IMG/VR virus record: IMGVR_UViG_3300031772_000004
Coordinates: 42,710-106,709 of that record
DNA: 64,000 nucleotides
Reading direction: 5' to 3' (one strand)
Source: a virus
Taxonomy: Duplodnaviria; Heunggongvirae; Uroviricota; Caudoviricetes
Shown here piece by piece: positions 38,980-47,085 of this stretch. Each line of letters starts with the position of its first letter. The first letter of the stretch is position 1. The position numbers were made by a program, and so were the translations under genes. The notes under the pieces were generated by a model, which saw only the letters and a program-made list of their open reading frames with translations, was not told where the DNA came from and made no database searches.

Positions 38980-39079
38980 TTAAAGGCATTGAAAAAATAA
39001 CAAAGAAAGATTTGTTCGATTTGACATTGCAATACAAGCAGTCGAAGATTATTTACGGCGGAAATAAATTATGGCATTA
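38976..39079 (+). CDS. micro-ORF D (34 aa)
   Basis: Starts in the fourth copy of the junction. Ends TAA 39077-39079, overlapping the start of 39071..39397. Confidence 0.25.
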
Positions 39080-39397
39080 AGCAATGTAGATCCAAATACT
39101 GGTATGGAATATGATTTCAGAGATTATTCTTCTATATCTAGTCCATATTCTTGTAATTCATGTTATTCTACACAATTTCATTGTGCAACGATGCCTGTAA
39201 ATTATACATGTTATCCGATACCACCGAAGAAAGAAGAATTAAGTAAATTTCTTGGTAGAATGGTAATGTATAAAAATAAGACTTGGAAATGTATTGCAAC
39301 AGCAAATGGTCGAATCTCTTTAGAAAGGAAAACTTTCTTTCTCCGACGAATGAAATATGATACTGCTTCGGTCTATGAATTGAGGATATTAATATGA
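39071..39397 (+). CDS. hypothetical Cys-rich protein
   Basis: 108-aa ORF (CNSCYST...C). Confidence 0.3.
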   Translation: MALSNVDPNTGMEYDFRDYSSISSPYSCNSCYSTQFHCATMPVNYTCYPIPPKKEELSKFLGRMVMYKNKTWKCIATANGRISLERKTFFLRRMKYDTASVYELRILI

Positions 39398-39936
39398 AAT
39401 TAAATCTTAAGCAATTAATAAATGAATTGAATATAGATCGGTCTATTGATCGAACGGCCAAATTTAAAAAAACCACACAAAAAGTTACAAAATATAATTT
39501 TGACATATCGGGAATAAACTATGTTATAGACTTTGTAGAGGCAGAAATGCCAAGTGGGCAATCCGTATTAGAGGTAAGTTTTAAAAATTTAACAGCCATA
39601 GAAAAATTAAAAAGTAAAAAACAACGAAACACAGAAAAGTTTTATCAAGACTTGGATAGGGCTAAATATGGACTGACGAATACAGGCAAATCAATGTTAA
39701 TATTCAATGAAATTTACAATGCCGTTATAAGTTATATCGAAAAATACAAACCAGCATATTTTAAATACGAAGCGATTGAAGACAACAGAAAAAAATTGTA
39801 TAATACTCTCTTGAAGCGTGCCGAAAAACAAACAGCATTGAAATTTAAAAGACTATATGTTGACCCCGAAACGGATTACAGACTTCCTTTTTCCCTGCTT
39901 GAAAGCCAACGATTTATCTATAAAATAGAATATTAA
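39394..39936 (+). CDS. hypothetical protein
   Basis: 180-aa ORF, ATGA-coupled. Confidence 0.35.
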   Translation: MKLNLKQLINELNIDRSIDRTAKFKKTTQKVTKYNFDISGINYVIDFVEAEMPSGQSVLEVSFKNLTAIEKLKSKKQRNTEKFYQDLDRAKYGLTNTGKSMLIFNEIYNAVISYIEKYKPAYFKYEAIEDNRKKLYNTLLKRAEKQTALKFKRLYVDPETDYRLPFSLLESQRFIYKIEY

Positions 39937-39937
39937 A

Positions 39938-40171
39938 ATGAAACCTATAGACTTTAAAGATAGCAATCATAAATTTGCAGAGAAGCAAAAGGAATATATA
40001 ACTTTACCCGGTTATATGGATGAAAATGGGATATTTATTTCTTGTTGGAAATTAACATTTTTTGAAAGAATAATAGTATTACTAAAAGGTAAAATATTTT
40101 TGTCCACGATGACATTTTTTAAACCACTACAACCACAAAGAATGTCTGTAAAATTTGAGGAGGAAATATGA
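39938..40171 (+). CDS. hypothetical protein
   Basis: 77-aa ORF. Confidence 0.3.
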   Translation: MKPIDFKDSNHKFAEKQKEYITLPGYMDENGIFISCWKLTFFERIIVLLKGKIFLSTMTFFKPLQPQRMSVKFEEEI

Positions 40172-41157
40172 ATTTTAACCAAGGATTAAATTATAATAAT
40201 ATTGTTTTGACGCCAAATTTTTCGACATTACCGAGCAGAAGTCTTGCGGGTACATCTTTAATTTTTGGTAATAAAGTATTTGAATTACCTATTTGTCCGG
40301 CCAATATGGTTTGTTGTATCAGCACAGAACTTGCCTATTGGTTGAGCGAGCATAATTATTTTTATGTAATGCACCGTTTTGATGGTGAAACTAATAAGAA
40401 AGATTTGCGTTGGTTCATTGAAAAGGCTAATACGGAAATGTGGCATTGTATTAGTATTAGTATTGGAGTTCAAGAAGAAGATTATGAATTATTGTGGTGG
40501 ATTAATGTACGAAACCTTCGAGTGGATTTTATTACGATAGATATTTCTCATGGCCACTGTTTAAAAATGAAGGAAATGTTAGAGTTTCTTAATAAAGAAA
40601 TTAAATTTAAAAATAAAACATTTGTTATAGCTGGCAATATTGGCACGCGAGAAGCGGTTAGTGATTTAGAAATTTGGGGCGCAGACGCAACTAAAGTAGG
40701 ATTAGCCTTTGGAAAAGCTTGTATAACTAAGAACAAAACGGGATTTGCTTCTCCAATGTTTTCTACTATTTTATTATGCTCTCAAAATTCTAAAAAACCC
40801 ATTATCGCTGATGGTTCAATTAGTGAAAATGGGGATATAACAAAGGCATTAGTGGCTGGGGCAACAATGGTTATGGCGGGGAATATATTTGCGGCTTGTG
40901 TTGATAGTCCCGCCGAAAGTATTTATTCTGAAAATGGCAAACACATTGTTTCTAAAAAATATTTTGGTTCGGCATCTAAACGCAGTGGAAAAACTAAAAA
41001 TATTGAAGGAACAGAAGTTATAATTGAATGTAATGATATGACTTACAATGAAAAATTAGAAGAAATTAAGCAAGATTTACAATCAAGCTTATCGTTTACT
41101 GGCCATAGTAATAAACTTGAAGACTTAAAAAGAGTGGAATGGAAAATTTTACAATGA
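40168..41157 (+). CDS. GMP reductase (GuaC)/IMPDH-family TIM-barrel enzyme
   Basis: VIAGNIGTREAVSDLEIWGADATKVGLAFGKACITKNKTGFA aligns with E. coli GuaC [42 protein letters not shown], and the catalytic Cys is retained. IIADGSISENGDITKALVAGATMVMAG aligns with [28 protein letters not shown]. Confidence 0.65.
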   Translation: MNFNQGLNYNNIVLTPNFSTLPSRSLAGTSLIFGNKVFELPICPANMVCCISTELAYWLSEHNYFYVMHRFDGETNKKDLRWFIEKANTEMWHCISISIGVQEEDYELLWWINVRNLRVDFITIDISHGHCLKMKEMLEFLNKEIKFKNKTFVIAGNIGTREAVSDLEIWGADATKVGLAFGKACITKNKTGFASPMFSTILLCSQNSKKPIIADGSISENGDITKALVAGATMVMAGNIFAACVDSPAESIYSENGKHIVSKKYFGSASKRSGKTKNIEGTEVIIECNDMTYNEKLEEIKQDLQSSLSFTGHSNKLEDLKRVEWKILQ

Positions 41158-41696
41158 AAAACATTTTAAACAGAAATAGAGTATACCTTGTCGGTCAAAT
41201 GCAATACATCAAAGATGGTTCTGTTTGGCGTGATTATGTCGAAGCAGAATTAAAAAAGATGGGTGTAATTGTATTTAATCCATATAATCATCCATTTATC
41301 AATTCCGTGACGGAGGATAACAATGCAACGGCAACATTAAAGAGTCTTATCGCTGAAGGGAAATATGATGAATGTGCTGAAATTATGCGAAAGATTCGTG
41401 GCGAAGATTTACGTGTCGTTGACATTGCTGATTTTATATTTTGCTATATAGACCCGCTTAAACCGACCTGTGGGGCGTGGGAAGAAGTTTTCACGGCGAA
41501 TCGCGCTAAAAAGCCTATATTTTTTGTAGCCGAAGGCGGAAAGGATGTTTGTCCTCTCTGGCTTTATGGTACAATTCCCCATAAATATATGTATAATTCC
41601 ATAGATGATGCTTTGCAAATGCTTTGGGATATTAACAGCGGTGCAAAGCCTATTGATTCTTCCCGTTGGCGCATTCTCCGACCAGAATTCCTATAA
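41154..41696 (+). CDS. nucleoside 2-deoxyribosyltransferase-like (Rossmann-like) protein
   Basis: MKNILNRNRVYLVGQMQ... resembles the NDT-like N-terminal (YLAGP-type) motif. The start is ATGA-coupled to guaC-like. The track ORF begins at 41139. Confidence 0.4.
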   Translation: MKNILNRNRVYLVGQMQYIKDGSVWRDYVEAELKKMGVIVFNPYNHPFINSVTEDNNATATLKSLIAEGKYDECAEIMRKIRGEDLRVVDIADFIFCYIDPLKPTCGAWEEVFTANRAKKPIFFVAEGGKDVCPLWLYGTIPHKYMYNSIDDALQMLWDINSGAKPIDSSRWRILRPEFL

Positions 41697-41931
41697 ATTA
41701 ACCTACATAATCAATTTATTTCTGATATATATAGCTATAAAATATTAGCTGAACAAATTATTAAAGAATATGAATCCATATTCTGATGACATCATGCTAT
41801 AGGCCTATTTGGCAGCAATTTTATATGTTATAATAATAATTTTCCAAATGATATACAAAGGCCTGTTGGAATAAAAGGAGAATTTTTAAAATAGTATCAT
41901 AGAAGAATGTAGAACAATTCCACACAAATAT

Positions 41932-42038
41932 ATGTATGATTCCATTGATGATGTTTTGAATGTGCTTTGTGATATTAATAACGGAACGCGTGAAATAGAT
42001 TCTTCTAGATGGCGCCTTCTCCGAGAAGAATTTAGATA
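41932..42038 (+). pseudogene. decayed duplicate of the 3' end of the upstream NDT-like gene
   Basis: 41914-42040 is about 80% identical to 41571-41696. It encodes MYDSIDDVLNVLCDINNGTREIDSSRWRLLREEFR, versus MYNSIDDALQMLWDINSGAKPIDSSRWRILRPEFL in the intact gene. An in-frame stop lies just upstream. Confidence 0.5.
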
Positions 42039-42082
42039 AAATAAGTCATTATAATCATAAAATTTGTGATATTTATGATTAT

Positions 42083-42721
42083 ATGGCAAAACATGACTAT
42101 AAAAAAATAGCTAAAAGACAATTTTTAAAAGAATATGGTGATATTGGTGGCGGAATGTATGGCGGTGGTGCTGCCGTTTCTGCTGGTTTTGTAAATCCTG
42201 GAATGGGTACTTTTAGCTCTCCTGATGCACGACAAAATCTGTCGGCTTTTGCAAATAACCATCCAACCATGCAATATCCTGTTGGACAACATAAAGTTGA
42301 TTGGTTTAATAGTGATAAAGCTACAGGTCCATCCGAAGAAGATGTCCAAGAATTAAAAAACAAAGTTACTCCCGATGAGATTCTTTTAGGGATAGAATAC
42401 GAACTTAAAAGACAATTTCATAAGAATAAAAGTAACGCAAAAGAAATCGTTGTACAGAATTTAAAAAAAGATCCGAAATATTATTCTAGTTTACATATGA
42501 TGCAGATGAGCGATGAAAGAGTTAATGAGGAGAAAAAAATTGAAGATATGAAAGATAAAGCAAATATTAACGATAAAGGTGTAAATGTTGATGAGGTTAA
42601 GAAAATTGTAGAAGAAATGCTTTCAAAAAGAAAGAAAACACAAGTACCAATTGATGTAAAAATCGTAACTGCTTATAATGATAGCATTGATAGAAAAACC
42701 AAAAAGCGTTGGACAGTTTAA
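42083..42721 (+). CDS. hypothetical protein (Gly-rich N-terminus)
   Basis: 212 aa. GDIGGGMYGGGAAVSAGFVNPGMG then a charged C-terminal half. Confidence 0.35.
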   Translation: MAKHDYKKIAKRQFLKEYGDIGGGMYGGGAAVSAGFVNPGMGTFSSPDARQNLSAFANNHPTMQYPVGQHKVDWFNSDKATGPSEEDVQELKNKVTPDEILLGIEYELKRQFHKNKSNAKEIVVQNLKKDPKYYSSLHMMQMSDERVNEEKKIEDMKDKANINDKGVNVDEVKKIVEEMLSKRKKTQVPIDVKIVTAYNDSIDRKTKKRWTV

Positions 42722-42734
42722 TAAACAGATTAAT

Positions 42735-44444
42735 ATGAATAAGTCGAAATATCATGTTGAGCTTTTACCAGCAGAAGAATATTATAAAAATAAAGAAAAG
42801 GTAGGTGCTCATGCTATTGGTTGGGTTGTTTTAGTCAATGGTCAACCTCATCATGAAACTACGGACGGATTAAGGGGGAAAAAATTAGCAATGGATTTTG
42901 CTGAACAATTCGGATGGTCGGAAAAATTAAATGAATCAGACTGGAAACAAGTTGGAATTGGTGAACCAAGTGATCCCATTATTGGTAATCCTGCTATGAA
43001 AGGCCGCCGTTGGCAAATAGACCCATACGGCAGTGGTAAATCTTTTCCAAAGATAAATAAATCCGCGAAAGCGTCCAAATCACTTACTTATGACAAATTT
43101 TATAGTAAACTTAAAGAAGTTATAGGGTCTGACACCGAAGATGTATTTTCTAGTCAAAGCAAAGCGGCAGGTATAGAAGAATTTACTACATTTTTTCAGG
43201 TTGCTAATAAAACTGACATCGAAAAATTTAATTTGTTGTGGGATAATGGTCACACAAGAAAAGCGTGGAGATTTATTTTATCTATTTTAAAAGCAGCTGG
43301 CAAATTAAACCTTCATGAAATTGTAGAGCCAGCAAAAGAAGAAGATGTGGATCCAAAAGAATTGAAAATGGGAATCGAATCGGAAATGGAGCATACTAAT
43401 AGTGAAGGAGAAGCTAAAAACATCGCATTAACACATTTGGCTGAGCATCCTGATTATTATTCTAGAATAAAATCCGTTGGAATTCTTGAACTTATAACAG
43501 AAGATGTAAAAAGTGAGGACAATATGAAATTTAAAGACTATTACAGAGAAGAACTCAAGGAAGCCATTGAAAATGATAAGATTAAAAATCAATGCCCCTG
43601 TGGTTGTACACCAGAAGACATGTGTGATAACGCAGATGAATGTTTGTGTGAATGCTCAACATGTGGTTGTGGAAAGCGCAATACCGAACATAGTCTTGAT
43701 GAAAAGAAGTGGATTCAAGCCGCTGTCCATCCTTCCCGAAAAGGTATGCTCTCGGGAAAATCAGTCGCTGACCTTGAAAAGATGAAAGGAAATTTAAAAA
43801 AGAGAAATACTCCGAAGAAAGAAAAGGGCGAAAAAGTTCCTCACAAGAATAAAGTAGCAATGTCGCAGATTAATTTTGCTTTGCGCGCTAAAAAGCACAA
43901 ACTAACTGAAGCGGATAATTCCAACCTCTTTATGAAAAAAGGTCAAAAACTTTTTGCTTACTTTACAAGAGTCAAGAAGTTTCTTGAAGTAACATTACTC
44001 AGGGACAGTGATAAAGAAGGTTGGGCATTAGCTGAATTTATAAATCATAGGTCTGTTGTGGTAAATGTTCGAACTAAAATAGGCTATGTAGAAGATCCAG
44101 GCCGTGATACATTGCCATATGGTGTCGCAGAAGCTCTTGCTGAAGCGAATCGTGATAGTAAATTTGGCGCACCAGCAAAAAAGGGTTCAACAATAAAGGG
44201 TAAATCGGGGCCTGGTCAAGTTGCTGAAGATAGACAAGAAACGCCTGATGAAAAGGAGATTTGTCCAGAATGTGGGAAAAAGGAAGTCACAGTGACCTTT
44301 GAACAGGGTTATCAGGAATATCCAGGCGCATCACCTCAGGCACCTACTACGTTCCGTGAATGTGGCGCGTGTGGTTGGGATGAACTCACTAAGGGAAAAT
44401 TCGATATGGACAACGCAATCGGCTTGGACGGTCAGCGGGCATAA
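42735..44444 (+). CDS. large hypothetical protein with Cys-rich metal-binding cluster
   Basis: 570 aa from the ATG at 42735 (the track ORF starts at 42678 inside the upstream gene). CPCGCTPEDMCDNADECLCECSTCGCG and a C-terminal Zn-ribbon CPECGKK...CGACGWDE. Confidence 0.4.
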   Translation: MNKSKYHVELLPAEEYYKNKEKVGAHAIGWVVLVNGQPHHETTDGLRGKKLAMDFAEQFGWSEKLNESDWKQVGIGEPSDPIIGNPAMKGRRWQIDPYGSGKSFPKINKSAKASKSLTYDKFYSKLKEVIGSDTEDVFSSQSKAAGIEEFTTFFQVANKTDIEKFNLLWDNGHTRKAWRFILSILKAAGKLNLHEIVEPAKEEDVDPKELKMGIESEMEHTNSEGEAKNIALTHLAEHPDYYSRIKSVGILELITEDVKSEDNMKFKDYYREELKEAIENDKIKNQCPCGCTPEDMCDNADECLCECSTCGCGKRNTEHSLDEKKWIQAAVHPSRKGMLSGKSVADLEKMKGNLKKRNTPKKEKGEKVPHKNKVAMSQINFALRAKKHKLTEADNSNLFMKKGQKLFAYFTRVKKFLEVTLLRDSDKEGWALAEFINHRSVVVNVRTKIGYVEDPGRDTLPYGVAEALAEANRDSKFGAPAKKGSTIKGKSGPGQVAEDRQETPDEKEICPECGKKEVTVTFEQGYQEYPGASPQAPTTFRECGACGWDELTKGKFDMDNAIGLDGQRA

Positions 44445-44447
44445 TAA

Positions 44448-46694
44448 ATGAAATATTCAGATTTTTACAATTTAAAAGAAGCGCCGATTGATGATAATTC
44501 CGATGACTTACGGAAGCCTACTGGTGCTCCTCTAGCCATTGGTGAGCATGAGTCTGGAGGTCCCATAAGTTTAGATGTAAACGATCCAATTCCATGTGAA
44601 TCTACCTATGATGAAAAAGTTCCTGGAAAAGTTCTTTGGCCTGACGATCCAACTCTTGATGAATCTGAATTTCCTGCTAGAAGTTTATATCCAAATGCTA
44701 AAGGCGACGAAAAAATTCGCGTTAATAATTTAAAACTAGCAAAAGAGTTAATTACTATTCTTGATCAATTTAAAGGTATTCGTGGCGCAAAGACAAAATT
44801 ATATCAGTTGAAATTAAATGGTATGCCAATAACATCCACTGTAATTAAATCTATATATTTTGGTCTTAGACAATTTTCCGATGCAGAAACCATTGCAGTA
44901 AAGAAACAACTATTATCTAATCTTAAAAAGATATATAATAAATCAATAAGTGATTGTTATTCTAAGGATGATCTTTTAGAAACTTTAACATTAAAGAAAT
45001 ATGAGAATGATTTGGTTGTAGTATCTGATTTAGAAGGCAGAAAAGAACAATCTGCAGAAACATTTAGACATAAGAATGAATTAAAGAAGGCGGGGTTTAG
45101 ATGGGATGGAAAACTAAATTCGTGGGTTGTATCGACAGAAAGATTTCAAGATGCACAAAAAACCATTGCCAAAATAAACAAAAAGCCTCTTGAAGTAATT
45201 ATAAGCACTCTTGATGATCTTCCAGAATTTGTATTAAATGCTGATAATATATCAAAAAAACAAGAATTGGCTGGACAAATTGAATCATTTGTGACCGATT
45301 TAAGTAATGAAGTAGATGAAGCTGCCGCCTCTGAGAAAGTTCGAGCATTTTTTGAGTTTAATCGAAGATTTAGAAATTATAGTATAGTTAATACCTTTTT
45401 AATTTATTTACAAAAGAATAATGCTACAAGAGTTGCTGGTTTTCATGCCTGGCGCGTAAAATTTCATAGAAATGTAAAGAAGGGTGCAAAAGCAATATCA
45501 ATTTTTGCTCCACAAACATATAAAGAGCGTGATGATAAAGTTGAAGATGGCGATCTTGACGCAGAAGTTAGACAACGCCGTGTCACGCGCTTTATAGCAG
45601 TAAATGTTTTTGATGTATCCGACACAGAACCGATTGATGCAAGCGGTGAGCTTCCCGTAGAACCACAATGGTATGGAGAAAACACTCCGAGTGACATTGC
45701 GGAAAAAATATACACTTATAGTGAAGAATTATCAAAGGTATTGGGTATTAATATAACAAGAGATGTATCGCATCGAGGAGAACGAGGATTTTCAGCTGGT
45801 GACCATATTAATATAACAAGTGGTGTTGAGGGGGTTGGTAAAGCTGCAACGATGGTTCATGAAATCGCACACGAATTGATGCATAAGAGTGAAACTTCAT
45901 TATTTTATGTGGGAACAGATACAACACGGGAACAAAAAGAATTACAAGCAGAATCTATATCTTATGTAGTATTAAGGCATTACAATTTACCTGTACAACA
46001 CCAATCTACTTATTTGGCATTATGGAAGGCTGATAAAAGTGCGGTGCAATCCAATCTCGAATTGATTAAAAAGGTATCCAATTTTATTATTGATGAAATT
46101 GACAAAATAGCTGAAAAGGATGAAAAGGCTGCTATTAATAAACCAATTGGCACTAAACCGATTGATGTTGATAAGCAGACTTTAACGGAAGGAGCAAGGG
46201 GAATGGCTCTTGCTGGATTAGTTGGTGCTAGTTCTATGATTTCTTATCCACAAACAATGTTTGCTAGTGGAAATGTTCCAACTTCCATGGCATCTAATGA
46301 AACGCGTGGTATACGAAATAACAATCCTGGAAATATAAAAACATCAAAAGATAAATGGCAAGGCCAGACTGGAAACGATGCGGTATTTGTTAAATTTGAT
46401 TCTCCTGAGAGTGGTATAAGAGCTATTGCAAAGATTTTAAAAACATATCAAGCAAAATATAATATTCATAGTATTGTTGATATAATTGCTCGATGGGCAC
46501 CACAAAAAGAAAATAGAACAGATAAATATACTAATTTTGTGGCTCATAAAGTAGGTTTAGATAAAAATGTAGGAATTGATATTCTTAAAGACAAAGATAT
46601 GCTAAAAAAGATTGTAAAAGCAATCATTGAATTTGAAAATGGTAAAAACCCTTATTCAGATTCTATTATTACCTCTGGAATCAATAAATCTTAA
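44448..46694 (+). CDS. ArdC-like antirestriction / polyvalent-type protein (ssDNA-binding ArdC-N plus zincin metallopeptidase plus C-terminal NNPGNI domain)
   Basis: AGFHAWRVKFHRNVKKGAKAISIFAP...RFIAVNVFDVSDTEPI resembles the ArdC N-terminal (DUF1738) domain. ATMVHEIAHELMH is HExxH zincin. The C-terminal region has RNNNPGNIK...WQG...WAP. Confidence 0.55.
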   Translation: MKYSDFYNLKEAPIDDNSDDLRKPTGAPLAIGEHESGGPISLDVNDPIPCESTYDEKVPGKVLWPDDPTLDESEFPARSLYPNAKGDEKIRVNNLKLAKELITILDQFKGIRGAKTKLYQLKLNGMPITSTVIKSIYFGLRQFSDAETIAVKKQLLSNLKKIYNKSISDCYSKDDLLETLTLKKYENDLVVVSDLEGRKEQSAETFRHKNELKKAGFRWDGKLNSWVVSTERFQDAQKTIAKINKKPLEVIISTLDDLPEFVLNADNISKKQELAGQIESFVTDLSNEVDEAAASEKVRAFFEFNRRFRNYSIVNTFLIYLQKNNATRVAGFHAWRVKFHRNVKKGAKAISIFAPQTYKERDDKVEDGDLDAEVRQRRVTRFIAVNVFDVSDTEPIDASGELPVEPQWYGENTPSDIAEKIYTYSEELSKVLGINITRDVSHRGERGFSAGDHINITSGVEGVGKAATMVHEIAHELMHKSETSLFYVGTDTTREQKELQAESISYVVLRHYNLPVQHQSTYLALWKADKSAVQSNLELIKKVSNFIIDEIDKIAEKDEKAAINKPIGTKPIDVDKQTLTEGARGMALAGLVGASSMISYPQTMFASGNVPTSMASNETRGIRNNNPGNIKTSKDKWQGQTGNDAVFVKFDSPESGIRAIAKILKTYQAKYNIHSIVDIIARWAPQKENRTDKYTNFVAHKVGLDKNVGIDILKDKDMLKKIVKAIIEFENGKNPYSDSIITSGINKS

Positions 46695-46733
46695 AAAAAT
46701 CCTTCTTAAAGGATAAATAATGATTATAATAAG

Positions 46734-47069
46734 TTGTTAATGTTGTGTAAGTGTTATATATTACTACATATGAAATATTATTTAGTAGATACAACACAAT
46801 CAACAGACCCACAGTTTTTTAATAATGTGGCAGACCTCGTTAAACATCTCGAAGGTACAGTTCAACGAAAGTTTAGACTAACACGAAAACAATACATGCA
46901 AAATCTAATTGATTTAGGTTATGGCTATGATGATCCCGAAGGCGCTACATTTGCTTCAAGCATGGGTGAAACTTTCTCTATGGGTTCTTATCAAGACGGA
47001 AGATTAATCCGTTCAAACATACATGAAACCAGTAGAAACACCAAGTATCAGAATGAATATGGAAATTAA
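46734..47069 (+). CDS. hypothetical protein
   Basis: ORF of up to 111 aa. The start may be internal (46770). Confidence 0.3.
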   Translation: MLMLCKCYILLHMKYYLVDTTQSTDPQFFNNVADLVKHLEGTVQRKFRLTRKQYMQNLIDLGYGYDDPEGATFASSMGETFSMGSYQDGRLIRSNIHETSRNTKYQNEYGN

Positions 47070-47085
47070 TTAATTAGTTGTTAAT

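Noticed and set aside
38526-39079. Considered that the micro-ORF array is the small clamp-loader subunit (gp62) split by frameshifts
   Set aside because: Each micro-ORF has its own SD-ATG within the identical junction and a different frame. There is no recognisable similarity to gp62. Assembly error cannot be excluded without reads.
41697-41930. Looked for a tRNA gene or hidden ORF in the 230-bp non-coding gap
   Set aside because: No T-loop-like GTTCRA motif or GC-rich cloverleaf stems were seen. The longest ORF is about 10 codons. Only the AGGCCT(A/G)TTGG direct repeat and the gene-end duplicate were found.
46695-46730. Short hairpin ATCCTT-CTTA-AAGGAT after the ArdC-like gene as a possible terminator
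   Set aside because: The stem is only 6 bp with 2 G:C pairs and there is no downstream T-run. More likely it just overlaps the SD of the next gene.
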